From Lentisphaeria bacterium (lineage in GTDB: Bacteria; Verrucomicrobiota; Lentisphaeria; Victivallales; JAADHT01), in the NCBI GenBank assembly GCA_015486135.1, contig WFSE01000153.1, positions 1 through 37,804 of the forward strand: a stretch of DNA of 37,804 nt. The letters run 5' to 3'. The notes below the pieces were generated by a model. The model did not search any database. It was not told the DNA's origin and worked only from the letters and a program-made list of their open reading frames with translations. Positions 26,933 to 36,746 of this stretch are shown piece by piece. Every line of letters starts with the position of its first letter. Positions within the stretch are counted from its first letter, which is position 1. Made by a program: the position numbers and the translations under genes.

Positions 26933-27981
26933 GAAATAACATAGCCTCCCCAATTCTGGCGATTCTTTCTCTCGGCATGGCGCTAGCGATGATTAAGGGC
27001 TGCGAAATATCGCGAACACCTTGCGGGAAAAAGGCGGCCGAAAACGAAAAAATCGTCGAAATAGAAAAGACACGACTGGTCATGGGCAATATCCCACTTA
27101 CCATAAAGTTGTGGGGGAAAAAGGGGGTCGCTGAAAAAGCCGCGGCAGCAGCGTTCGACGCAGTCGAACAGGTGGACCGGACATGCAACCTGTTCAATCC
27201 AAATAGCGAGCTCTCCCGACTCAACGCCACTGCCGCAACGCACCCGTTCAAATGCGGACCACTGCTTTGGGATGTCCTGCGGCGATGCCAAGCTTATTAC
27301 AAGATATCGAATGGCGCGTTCGACATTACGATTGCCCCGTTGATGCGCCTTTGGGGCTTCCGAAGAAAACGCGGAAGCATCCCCTCGGAACACGAGATAA
27401 GCGAAACAATGAAAATGGTGGGATTCGACAAGCTCGAATTCGACACCACCAATAGAACCGTTCGTTTCGCGGTGGCTGGAATGAAGCTCGATTTGGGCGG
27501 GGTGGCGAAAGGCTACGCCGTGGACAAGGCGGCGGAAGCGGCGTTGGCAAACGGTATCCGTTCAGGCCTGATCAACCTGGCGGGAAACGGCCGGTGCCTG
27601 CCAGAACCGCCCCTGGGTAAAAACACGTACCTCGTCGGCGTGAGAAATCCTTTCGACAAGAAAATCGTCGCCGATGTTTTAATACTTCTGAATCAAAGCG
27701 TGGCGACTAGCGGCGATTACGAAAGGTTCGTTATCCTACGGGGAAAACGATTCTCGCATGTCATCGATCCACGAACCGGACACCCCGCTTCAGGCGAACA
27801 CTCGGTCACCGTTATCTCACCCTTGGCTGTCGATTCCGACGCCCTCTCCACCACGATGTTTATAAACGGTCCCGCTTTCGCCAGAAAATTCCACAACGCT
27901 CATCCCTGCGACAAATTCGTCTTCATAACGGGGTCCTGTTCCCGCGACATGCGTATAGAACGAATTGGACTCGATGAATAA
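26929..27981 (+). CDS. apbE: FAD:protein FMN transferase (ApbE family lipoprotein)
   Basis: Lipoprotein signal with lipobox (LGMALAMIKGC) and the ApbE block DLGGVAKGYAVDKAAE. An ATGA overlap couples it to mutL. Its TAA stop lies inside a family A repeat TIR. Confidence 0.85.
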   Translation: MRNNIASPILAILSLGMALAMIKGCEISRTPCGKKAAENEKIVEIEKTRLVMGNIPLTIKLWGKKGVAEKAAAAAFDAVEQVDRTCNLFNPNSELSRLNATAATHPFKCGPLLWDVLRRCQAYYKISNGAFDITIAPLMRLWGFRRKRGSIPSEHEISETMKMVGFDKLEFDTTNRTVRFAVAGMKLDLGGVAKGYAVDKAAEAALANGIRSGLINLAGNGRCLPEPPLGKNTYLVGVRNPFDKKIVADVLILLNQSVATSGDYERFVILRGKRFSHVIDPRTGHPASGEHSVTVISPLAVDSDALSTTMFINGPAFARKFHNAHPCDKFVFITGSCSRDMRIERIGLDE

Positions 27982-28020
27982 TTGGCAAGTGTTTTATTAT
28001 TATTGAGTTAAATGTTTTTT
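27975..28020. repeat. Truncated copy of MITE-like repeat family A between the convergent apbE and pilD genes
   Basis: TGAATAATTGGCAAGTGttttattattattgagttaaatgttttttt parallels the left arm of the 15961 copy. The apbE stop (gaTGAATAAttgg) is provided by the TIR. The pilD stop abuts the other end. Confidence 0.65.
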
Positions 28021-28847
28021 TAGGGAGTTCGAAAAAGAGCTATATAGGCATTCCACGCTTCGTGTCCGATGAAAATCCATAGTAGTGCCCCCGCGGCAAG
28101 CGCGGGGCCGAAAGGGATCGCCATCCTGGGGCCTTTCCCCCGAACGACCATTAGCCCCAATCCCCCCACCGTGCCGATAACGGACCCTGCGAAAACGGTA
28201 AAGAACGCTGCCCGCGGTCCCATGGCTGCCGCAATCGCGGCGACATATTTAATATCGCCCCATCCAAGGGCGTCTTGCTTGAAGGCGAGCTTGCCGAAAT
28301 ATGCCATGGCAATCATGATTCCCCCCCAAAACGCCGTCGAGGCGCAAGCGAAGCCCAGCGCCATGAATCTGGATGGCGCCCGCCATTCCTCCGGAAACGC
28401 CACGGCCATGGCCAACCCGAAAATGATTGCCGGATATGTCAGCTTATTTGGAATCCTCCTGTGCTCCCAATCAGTTACGGAGATGGCGATGGAAAGCGAC
28501 ACGACCACCAGCGACACCGCCAACCTCGCAACTGATATCCGAAAAGGGAGGTTCAAGGAGGATATTTTGAGATAAACGGCCGCGAACAAAAGACCCGTCG
28601 CCAATTCAATGAGGAAATACCGCGGCGAAATCGGTTCGCGACATCCGCGGCAACGCCTCCCCAAGGCCAGATAACTTAAAATGGGGATGTTCTCGTACCA
28701 TTTTATTGGACGGTGGCATTTCGGGCATTGGGACGGGGGAAAGACTATCGACTCCCCGCGGGGAATCCTCCATGCGCAAACGTTTAGAAAGCTCCCCACG
28801 CACAATCCAAACAAAAACGCGAACACCGCGTAAAATAGCACATCCAT
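28020..28847 (-). CDS. pilD: Type IV prepilin peptidase (A24 family)
   Basis: N-terminal Zn-finger-like CPKCHRPIKW...CRGCREPISPRYFLIELATG and multi-TM topology. ~275 aa. Confidence 0.85.
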   Translation of the reverse strand: MDVLFYAVFAFLFGLCVGSFLNVCAWRIPRGESIVFPPSQCPKCHRPIKWYENIPILSYLALGRRCRGCREPISPRYFLIELATGLLFAAVYLKISSLNLPFRISVARLAVSLVVVSLSIAISVTDWEHRRIPNKLTYPAIIFGLAMAVAFPEEWRAPSRFMALGFACASTAFWGGIMIAMAYFGKLAFKQDALGWGDIKYVAAIAAAMGPRAAFFTVFAGSVIGTVGGLGLMVVRGKGPRMAIPFGPALAAGALLWIFIGHEAWNAYIALFRTP

Positions 28848-28849
28848 CT

Positions 28850-31141
28850 CTATGCGTCTTCCCCCCCATACAGCGCCTCGGACACAGCGGCCGTCAAGCT
28901 ATTGATGGAGAATGGCTTGGCAAGAAAGTAGCTGCCAGGAACGCGTTCGTCTAGCCTGTCCACGGCATCGCCAACGTATCCCGACATGAAAAGCGCTCTT
29001 AATTCCGGCTTGACCTTCCTGAGTTTTTCGACAAGATCAACGCCATTAGCGTCGGTTAGAATCACATCGGACAGGATAAGGTCCACCTCCCCGTCCAAGT
29101 CATGGAATATTTTTTCGGCATCGCTGGCCGAGAGGGCGGTCTCGACTTTATATCCCGACGACTGCAATATTGTCGCTGCCAAATCGAGAACCGTCGCTTC
29201 GTCCTCGACTATCAGCACTTTCCCTGATCCGCATGTGAACTTTCCGGTTACGACTTTATGCGTCTCTTCCTTGAACGCCATTGAGCTATCCGTCGCGGCA
29301 GGCAAATGCACATTGAAAACGGTTCCTTTTCCAATCTCGCTGGATACCGTTATGTAGCCATCATACTGCCTAACGATTCCATAGACGGTGGAGAGCCCCA
29401 TGCCGGTCCCGCTCTTGTCCGTCTTGCTAGAAAAGAAGGGCTCGTACATGTGTCCCATGATAGTTTTGTCCATCCCGCTCCCGTTGTCTTCCACCGATAT
29501 TCGCACATATTGTCCTGGCTTGGCAAGAAAGTCCCCGTCATTGAATTCGGATTCCAAATCATGAAGACTTGTTGATATGGTTATTTTGCCTCTCTTGTGG
29601 TAGTCCAGCGCGTCTTTACTGTTGATAACCAAGTTCAGGACGGTTTGTTCGATCTGTGTCGCATCGGCCATTATTGGAGGCAAATGTTCGGCTAAGATCA
29701 CACGGAACTCGACATTCTCTCCCAGCACGGGGCTTAACATGGAACGCATACCTTTAACAATAGAATTGACGTTGAATTTGGTTTTCTTAACAATCTGTTT
29801 TCGGCTGAAGATGAGCATTTGCTTGGTGAGCGCCTCGGCTCTTTTCCCCGCTTTCACTATCTCGCGGACTTTGGCTCTGTTGGGGTCGTCCTCCGGCATT
29901 GAGTTGAGGAGGATGTCGCCATATCCCAAAATTGCTGTCAGAATATTGTTGAAATCGTGCGCCACTCCTCCGGTAAGACGTCCGATAGCCTCCATCCTAT
30001 TGGTGTGTTGCAACTGGCGTTCGAGCTCAACCTCTTTTGTGACATCGCGCTTGACCCCAATGAAATTCGTTATTTCGCCATCTTCGTTCTTTACTGGAGA
30101 TATCGTGGCATCCTCTTCGTAAAGCTCCCCGTTTCTCCGCTTGTTGATGAAATGCCCGGACCATGAAGCCCCGCCAGTTATCGTCTCCCACAATTCCTTG
30201 TAAAAATCATCCGAGTGCTCGCCGCTTTTCAGCACCGAGGGGTTTTGCCCAACGGCTTCCTCCAAGGAATAGCCGGTAATCTTGGTGAACGCCGGATTCA
30301 CGTATTGTATTGTTCCGTCGGTATCCGTCACGACGATAGTGTCTTTGGCGTGATGGACCGCGGCGGATAGAAGCGTCAGTTCGGCTTCGACCGTTTTACG
30401 ATTCGTAATGTCTATGGAAATGCAAAATATCCCGACTACTTTCCCATCGTCGTCCTTGAGCGGAGTTTTGGTGCTCAGCGCCCACATCGTGTCGCCCATT
30501 GCGTTGTATAACGGTCGCTCGCGGTTCTCTATCACCCTTCCCGCCAGAACTTTCTTATCGTCCTCGCGTATTTCATCCGCGATGTTTTTGGGGAAAATGT
30601 CGTAGTCGGTTTTTCCTATAATCTCTTCCGGTTTATGGCCATGAAACTGCGCACAAGCATTGTTGACGATTTTATAGGTGAAATCAGTTCCCTTTACCAG
30701 AATATGCGCCGGATAAGAGGAGAGCAACGCGTTCATTACGATATTTTGTTTAGCGTCGGTGCTCGTCTCGCGCATCAAAAGTACCAAATGTCCATCTATT
30801 CTAAGAATATCGAGACTCGCTATAAGCAACTTGCCGGAGCTAGAATTCACCGGTTCGTATTGAAATACGACGTGCCGTCTCTTGCCGTCTTCAAGGGTCT
30901 TCAAGTATTTCTCGTATCTGCTGGATTTCTCCACGCCAGGAGATAGCTCTAATAGCGTTTTCCCGATGATGTCGGAGACGCTTTTGCCGGTGATCTCGCA
31001 GGTCTTTTCATTGACCCAAACACACTTGAGTTCGGAATCGAACACTGCCACGCCAACAGGAAAAACATTCAAAAAATTTTCAAAATCCACTTTCACCGAT
31101 TTTTTTTCAGTCATACGCACCTCCGCAAAAACGGTGCTCAA
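28850..31141 (-). CDS. Hybrid sensor histidine kinase with multiple PAS domains and C-terminal receiver domain
   Basis: Several PAS-like segments, an H-box HDFNNILTAILGYGDIL, HATPase_c (SVEDNGSGMD, GTGMGLS), then a receiver KVLIVEDEATVLDLAA...LILSDVILTDANGVDL. No TM segment is evident. The stop lies 2 nt before the pilD start. Confidence 0.85.
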   Translation of the reverse strand: MSTVFAEVRMTEKKSVKVDFENFLNVFPVGVAVFDSELKCVWVNEKTCEITGKSVSDIIGKTLLELSPGVEKSSRYEKYLKTLEDGKRRHVVFQYEPVNSSSGKLLIASLDILRIDGHLVLLMRETSTDAKQNIVMNALLSSYPAHILVKGTDFTYKIVNNACAQFHGHKPEEIIGKTDYDIFPKNIADEIREDDKKVLAGRVIENRERPLYNAMGDTMWALSTKTPLKDDDGKVVGIFCISIDITNRKTVEAELTLLSAAVHHAKDTIVVTDTDGTIQYVNPAFTKITGYSLEEAVGQNPSVLKSGEHSDDFYKELWETITGGASWSGHFINKRRNGELYEEDATISPVKNEDGEITNFIGVKRDVTKEVELERQLQHTNRMEAIGRLTGGVAHDFNNILTAILGYGDILLNSMPEDDPNRAKVREIVKAGKRAEALTKQMLIFSRKQIVKKTKFNVNSIVKGMRSMLSPVLGENVEFRVILAEHLPPIMADATQIEQTVLNLVINSKDALDYHKRGKITISTSLHDLESEFNDGDFLAKPGQYVRISVEDNGSGMDKTIMGHMYEPFFSSKTDKSGTGMGLSTVYGIVRQYDGYITVSSEIGKGTVFNVHLPAATDSSMAFKEETHKVVTGKFTCGSGKVLIVEDEATVLDLAATILQSSGYKVETALSASDAEKIFHDLDGEVDLILSDVILTDANGVDLVEKLRKVKPELRALFMSGYVGDAVDRLDERVPGSYFLAKPFSINSLTAAVSEALYGGEDA

Positions 31142-31227
31142 ACACTATTTGCCGCCACCCTGTAAGTATACGCATTTTCAAGGCGTTTTGCAATTGCGTC
31201 AAAGATTCTGTGGTGTTGCGTCCGCAT

Positions 31228-34200
31228 TTAACGCTTAACGGTTACTGCTCCGAGATGTTCGGCCACGGCCGACTCCGGTTTCCGGTGGCGTCTAGCCAGA
31301 TCCTCCAGCTGGTCGGGGCCGATTACCGAAATCGAGAAATAATCGGACTCGGGATGCGCGAAATAGAACCCAGCTACCGTCGCTGGGGGCTCCATGGCGC
31401 TGGACTCTGTTAGTTCAGCGCTGGTCGCGGCCTCCGCGTCGAGAAGGTCGAATATGATTTTCTTGCCGGAATGGTCGGGGCAGGCGGGATATCCGGGCGC
31501 GGGTCTGATTCCTTGGTATTTTCTTTGAAGGATTTCCTTGGCCGTAAGATTCTCGTCCGGGGCGTACGCCCAAAGCTCCTTGCGAACGACGGCGTGCAAA
31601 TATTCCGCGAACGCCTCCGCCAACCTGTCCGCCAAAGCCATGACCATTATCGCGGAATAGTCGTCGCCGCGTTCGGCGAATTCCTCCGATATTTCCCTCG
31701 AACCAATTCCGGCGGTGACCACGAACATTCCAAGATGGTCATCAATCCCTTCGGGCGCGATGAAGTCGGCCAGCGCCAAATGTGGCGCGCCTCCTTGCTT
31801 TTCAATCTGCTGCCGCATTGTCGGAACCACAATCTCCCGATTATCACCCGGTCGGACGACAATGTCGTCGCTATGGGAATTGGCGGGGAAGATTCCGGCG
31901 ACCCCTTCTGCCTTCAACCTGCCGTCAGACTCCAATGTTTTGAGAAGATTACGCGCGTCCGCCAACACCTTCGCCATCTCCTCGCCGGCGTCGATCGATT
32001 GATCTAGCGCCTTCGGGAAACGTCCTTTCAATTCCCAAACCTTGAGAAAAGGCCGCCAGTCTATAAACGGAGTCAGTTCGGAAATCGAAGGGGAAAAGGT
32101 CTCTATCCCGGGCTTCCGCGGAAGCGGCGGGGGTTCCTTATCCCAGTCGATACGGAGCTTGTTTTCCCGCGCGGTGGCCAATGGGACGATTTTCCGGGAC
32201 GCGGCTCTTGTTTCCCTGGCATCGGCGGCCTTGGCCCTAGACCGTTCCAGCTCCTTGAGGAAGCCGACGCGCGACTCCGGGTCCAAAAGGGTATTTACAA
32301 TCGACACCGCCTTGGAGGCGTCGCTGGCATGAACGCAAACGCCACAACGCCGGTTAGGCGCGATTTTCGCGGCGGTGTGGGTTTCCGACGTGGCGGCGCC
32401 GCCGATAAGCAACGGGATATCCATATTCCTCCGCTCCATCTCGGCGGCGACACGGCCCATCTCCTCCAGCGACGGGGTGATCAAGCCGCTCAAGCCGACC
32501 ATGTCCACGCCCTCCCGCTCCGCCGCGTCCAAAATGGCGTCGCACGGTACCATTACTCCCAAATCCACCACCTCTATATTGTCGCATTTCAGAACCACGG
32601 CGACGATATTTTTACCGATATCATGGACATCTCCCTTGACGGTCGCCAGAAGCACCTTCCCGTTTGGCTTCGATTCGCCGCCCCGCTCTTTCTCGATAAA
32701 CGGAGTGAGATAATCGACAGCTTTGCGCATGACGCGCGCGCTTTTGACCACCTGTGGGAGAAACATTTTCCCCTCGCCGAAGAGTTCGCCGATATGCCTC
32801 ATGGCGTCCATCAACGGCCCCTCTATAACTTTCACCGCCGACGGCAGGCTTTTCCGGCATTCTTCGACATCCTCGACGATAAACTCGTCGTTTCCTTTCA
32901 GCATCGCATGGGATATCCGCTCCTCCGGAGACGCGTTCCGCCATTCCGGGTCTTCCGCTTTACCGGCGCCATCCATTCCGGAGAACTTTTCCGCCGCCGC
33001 CATCAACGCCTCCGCCGCCCCGGGATGGCGGTTAAGAACGGCATCCTCAACGATCTTTCGCAAATCCTCCGGGATTTCGTCGTAGACGACCAGATGCGCG
33101 GGGTTGACTATCCCCATATCCAGCCCGTTGGCGATGGCGTGGTATAGGAAAACCGCGTGAATCGCGCCGCGGATGTAATTATTGCCTCGGAAGGAAAACG
33201 AGACATTGCTTATTCCCCCGCTGATTAACGCGCCGGGACATCGTTTTTTTATCTCCGCCACGGCGTCGATAAAATTTTTCGCATGGGAATCATGCTCCGG
33301 CATTCCCGTGGCGATGGCGAACACGTTCGGGTCCAAAACGATGTCATGAGGTTGGTAGCCCGCCTTGTCCACCAAGAGTCGATACGCTCTTTCGCAAACC
33401 TCGATGCGCCGATCGAACGTGTCTGCCTGCCCTTTCTCGTCGAACGCCATCACAAGGACCGCCGCTCCCATCCGTTTCACTTCCGCGGCGCGCTTGAGAA
33501 ACGCCTTTTCTCCCTCTTTCAGGCTGATGGAATTGACCACGCCTCGCCCCTGCAGGTGTTTCAATCCTTCCCTGACAATCTCGAAATCGGAGGAGTCGAG
33601 CATAACCGGCACCCGCGATATCGCCGGGTCGGAGCCGATGACATCGAGAAAACGAGCCATCGCGGGTTTTCCGTCGATCATGCCGTCGTCCAAGTTGATA
33701 TCGATAATCCGGGCGCCGTTCTCCACCTGCGATCGGGCCACCGCGGCGGCGGCCTCGTAATCATCCTCCTTTATAAGGCGCAAAAATTTTCTCGAGCCTG
33801 CGACATTCGTCCTCTCTCCGATATTGACGAAATTCATCTCCGGACGGATAGATAGCGGTTCCAACCCGCTTAGCCGGCAGTGGTCCGGTGGCGGCGGCAA
33901 CCTTCTAGGTGTCGCACCCTCCACCGCTTTCGCGATTTCCGCGATATGCTCCGGAGTGGTGCCGCAGCATCCCCCGACGATGTTAACCAAGCCGCTTTCC
34001 GCGAATTCCGCGATAAAATTCGCCATTTCCGCGGGGGACTGCGTGTATTTCCCAAACTCGTCCGGGAGCCCGGCGTTAGGATGGACGCTTACCGGGAATG
34101 GTGAGACCGCCGACAGTTCCTCCAAACGCGGGCGCATACCTTCGGCGCCCAAAGAACAGTTCAGGCCAACGCTCAGAAGATTCTCAGCGTGCGACACCGA

Positions 34201-34875
34201 CACAAGAAACGCCTCGACCGTCTGGCCCGAAAGCGTTCTTCCACTGGCATCCGCGACAGTCGCGGATATCATCATAGGGACATCCCGGCCCGTGGCCGCT
34301 CTGGCCTCCTCCACGGCCCGTATCGCCGCTTTGCAGTTTATCGTGTCGAAAACCGTCTCGATCAGAATTAAATCTACCCCGCCTTCCAAAAGGGCGGTGG
34401 CGGCCTCGAGGTAGGCATCGAACATTCCATCGAAGGTGACATCGCGCTTCCCCGGATCCGAGATATCCGGAGATATCGAGCAGGTCTTCCCGGTCGGGCC
34501 GAGACATCCCGCTACAAATCCGCGGCCCGAGGCGTCCACTGCCTTTCGCGCGATATCCGCGGCGGCGCGGCATATTTCCACCACATGGTCCTCCAATCCG
34601 TGCGCCTCCTGGGAATACGTATTGGCGTTGAATGAGTTGGTTGTGATTATATCGGCGCCCGCGTCGAGATATTTTTTGTGTATGTCGAAGATCACCTCGG
34701 GAGCGGTAATGGAGAGGATATCGTTGTTGCCTTGAAGATGTCCGGAATAATCATTGAACACATCGCCGCGGAAATCGTCTTCGCCAAGTCCGCGGCGCTG
34801 TATCATTGTGCCCATAGCGCCATCAAGGACCAATATCCGCCGTCCCATCAAATTTCTTAATGTAGTTCCGCTCAT
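31228..34875 (-). CDS. metH: Cobalamin-dependent methionine synthase
   Basis: ORF 31228..34989. The start is placed at the ATG at 34873-34875 (MSGTTLRNLMGRRILVLDGAMGTMIQ), with GAGGGGG upstream. Contains Hcy-binding, pterin-binding and B12-binding (DVHDIGKNIV) domains and an AdoMet-activation domain. ~1215 aa. Confidence 0.9.
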   Translation of the reverse strand: MSGTTLRNLMGRRILVLDGAMGTMIQRRGLGEDDFRGDVFNDYSGHLQGNNDILSITAPEVIFDIHKKYLDAGADIITTNSFNANTYSQEAHGLEDHVVEICRAAADIARKAVDASGRGFVAGCLGPTGKTCSISPDISDPGKRDVTFDGMFDAYLEAATALLEGGVDLILIETVFDTINCKAAIRAVEEARAATGRDVPMMISATVADASGRTLSGQTVEAFLVSVSHAENLLSVGLNCSLGAEGMRPRLEELSAVSPFPVSVHPNAGLPDEFGKYTQSPAEMANFIAEFAESGLVNIVGGCCGTTPEHIAEIAKAVEGATPRRLPPPPDHCRLSGLEPLSIRPEMNFVNIGERTNVAGSRKFLRLIKEDDYEAAAAVARSQVENGARIIDINLDDGMIDGKPAMARFLDVIGSDPAISRVPVMLDSSDFEIVREGLKHLQGRGVVNSISLKEGEKAFLKRAAEVKRMGAAVLVMAFDEKGQADTFDRRIEVCERAYRLLVDKAGYQPHDIVLDPNVFAIATGMPEHDSHAKNFIDAVAEIKKRCPGALISGGISNVSFSFRGNNYIRGAIHAVFLYHAIANGLDMGIVNPAHLVVYDEIPEDLRKIVEDAVLNRHPGAAEALMAAAEKFSGMDGAGKAEDPEWRNASPEERISHAMLKGNDEFIVEDVEECRKSLPSAVKVIEGPLMDAMRHIGELFGEGKMFLPQVVKSARVMRKAVDYLTPFIEKERGGESKPNGKVLLATVKGDVHDIGKNIVAVVLKCDNIEVVDLGVMVPCDAILDAAEREGVDMVGLSGLITPSLEEMGRVAAEMERRNMDIPLLIGGAATSETHTAAKIAPNRRCGVCVHASDASKAVSIVNTLLDPESRVGFLKELERSRAKAADARETRAASRKIVPLATARENKLRIDWDKEPPPLPRKPGIETFSPSISELTPFIDWRPFLKVWELKGRFPKALDQSIDAGEEMAKVLADARNLLKTLESDGRLKAEGVAGIFPANSHSDDIVVRPGDNREIVVPTMRQQIEKQGGAPHLALADFIAPEGIDDHLGMFVVTAGIGSREISEEFAERGDDYSAIMVMALADRLAEAFAEYLHAVVRKELWAYAPDENLTAKEILQRKYQGIRPAPGYPACPDHSGKKIIFDLLDAEAATSAELTESSAMEPPATVAGFYFAHPESDYFSISVIGPDQLEDLARRHRKPESAVAEHLGAVTVKR

Positions 34876-35233
34876 AAAACCGAATTTAACCCCCTCTCCA
34901 TATCTCCGCCACCCCAATCGCACTAAATAAATGCTTCCCGAACGCCAGCGCCAAGCTCCAACACCTCCATCCCAAAACGCGAATGACAAACTGAAGTTTG
35001 CATCCGAACCAAAACATGCTATCCTTGTTGGTTCGGTTTAGCGTTGTTCGCGGTATGCGGGTGCGCTTTCGTATTTTTTGGTTTTGCAGGGAGGGCTTGA
35101 TAGGGCAATTTGGACAATTTGAATCCCCAGCCGAGGCGTTATGGGCTCGGACGTGGTTTGGGGAGATGGATAGAGCCGCGGTGACGCGGTGGTCGAGCCG
35201 AATCGGAAAGGATTGGCAATGCGTCGGTCCGCC

Positions 35234-35261
35234 CCGCCAAACGAGTTTGGCGGAATGTTTT
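35234..35261 (+). promoter_or_regulatory. Terminator/attenuator-like hairpin in the long 5-prime leader of the RRM protein gene
   Basis: An 8-9 bp GC-rich stem CCGCCAAAC/GTTTGGCGG with a tiny loop is followed by aaTGTTTTTAc, ~80 nt upstream of the ATG at 35337. A second hairpin CGAACCAA-N15-TTGGTTCG lies at 35005-35035. Confidence 0.3.
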
Positions 35262-35336
35262 TACAACGTCCATAACGGGGGGATTTAATGATTATTCTCC
35301 CTATCCCATGGACAGATTCAAAGGATTGAAAGAAAG

Positions 35337-35600
35337 ATGAATATCTACGTGGGGAACACCCCCTATTCGATGACGGAACAGGCTCTCGAAGACCTTTTCT
35401 CCCAGTATGGCGAAGTTTCAAGCGCCAGAATGATTACCGACAGAGACACTGGCAGAGCCAGAGGGTTCGCTTTCGTCGAAATGCCTAACCAGCAAGAAGC
35501 GCAAGCTGCGATTGAAGCCTTGAATGACAAGGAAGTTGATGGCAGGATGCTCAGAGTCAACGAGGCAAGGCCTCGCGAAGAGCGCCCGCGCCGTTTCTGA
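35337..35600 (+). CDS. RRM-type RNA-binding protein (glycine-poor Rbp-like)
   Basis: RNP-2 IYVGNT and RNP-1 RGFAFVEM motifs. 87 aa. Confidence 0.85.
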   Translation: MNIYVGNTPYSMTEQALEDLFSQYGEVSSARMITDRDTGRARGFAFVEMPNQQEAQAAIEALNDKEVDGRMLRVNEARPREERPRRF

Positions 35601-35619
35601 ACGGTCGGCAACGATTAAT

Positions 35620-35657
35620 AAAAACGCCGGAAACGAATTTCGTTTCCGGCGTTTTTC
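35620..35657. terminator. Bidirectional rho-independent terminator between the convergent RRM and lipoprotein genes
   Basis: The sequence AAAAACGCCGGAAACGaattCGTTTCCGGCGTTTTT forms a perfect 13-bp stem flanked by an A-run and a T-run. It lies 20 nt after the RRM gene stop. Confidence 0.8.
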
Positions 35658-35760
35658 TGTGGATCTGCGGCAGGTGTGTTTCCCGAGCGTCCAAGGCCAA
35701 ATTCAGCCTCGGGCCCCTGTAAAAGCGCAAAAGCCCCGCACATGTCCTCGATGAAATCGT

Positions 35761-36528
35761 TCAATATTGTAGTAGCTTGAAAGACTCGTCCCGGGGGATT
35801 TTTTCTCCAGGCTTTCTGCCCAAGCATTTCACTAGAAGCCGCGCCCATTCATCCACGATAGCCTCTGGCGTTCCGAACGCTGACATGGAATTGACGTTCA
35901 CTACCGCGCTACGTTCGGTCCTGCGGTCTGCGAACATCGCTACGGGTTGCCTGGTTTGAGAGTCCAGCAACTCGCCTTCTATCGCCACCGACCCCTTGAG
36001 GGAATCCACGGCCGCACCAGTAAGCTTCAAGGCTGGTGAAACGATAAACGCCGCCTTCCCGATGGGAAGCGGGACGTTGCGGACTATTCCGAACAGGGGT
36101 TTCCCGGGAACTACCTTGACCAACGCCAGCTTTATAATCAGCGTGTTCGGGCCGGGACTTTTCACCAAAGAAAGCCTGGGATCCGCCACTACCGCCTTCT
36201 CGAACGCTGCCCGAGTGTATTTAGCGAAATCCAGAATCGCCTGCTTTTCCGTTCCCAATGCCGCGTCGAGATTCAGAGATTCCAATTCGTCCTTGGGAAG
36301 AGTTTGCGCGGTTATCACTGGCTCGACTATTATTTTCGTGTATTTCCGCAAGTCGACACCCGATTTCTTCCACGCCTTGTGAAATGGCACCAAATCGTAA
36401 TGCTTCAGCAGCTCGGGATTCTTAAGAAATACGATTTTTTCCGCAGGCTTGCTCGTCGTCGAGCATCCGGTTAGTTGAAAAATCCCCGCAACCGCCACTA
36501 GCGCCGACATAATAAGACGCATTCCCAT
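35761..36528 (-). CDS. Hypothetical lipoprotein
   Basis: ORF 35761..36579. The start is placed at the ATG at 36526-36528 (MGMRLIMSALVAVAGIFQLTGC, lipobox LTGC), preceded by AAGGAGG 5 nt upstream. No catalytic motif is recognised. Confidence 0.6.
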   Translation of the reverse strand: MGMRLIMSALVAVAGIFQLTGCSTTSKPAEKIVFLKNPELLKHYDLVPFHKAWKKSGVDLRKYTKIIVEPVITAQTLPKDELESLNLDAALGTEKQAILDFAKYTRAAFEKAVVADPRLSLVKSPGPNTLIIKLALVKVVPGKPLFGIVRNVPLPIGKAAFIVSPALKLTGAAVDSLKGSVAIEGELLDSQTRQPVAMFADRRTERSAVVNVNSMSAFGTPEAIVDEWARLLVKCLGRKPGEKIPRDESFKLLQY

Positions 36529-36746
36529 CTCAACCTCCTTAGATGTTCGTCCAACTCCGTAAACACTTTGCCCCTCCAACTACGCAAATACAAGTGGGGA
36601 ATAGTGCGGGAAACCCTTCTTGCGACTCTTTTCCACCAAAGCGAACTATTAATCCCTAAATTCAATTCGTGTCCGCCCATCCCGTTCTGCGTCCCCTTTT
36701 GTCCACCTGGCCAACTCACAGAACTATAAACCTGTCCCTAAGCCCC

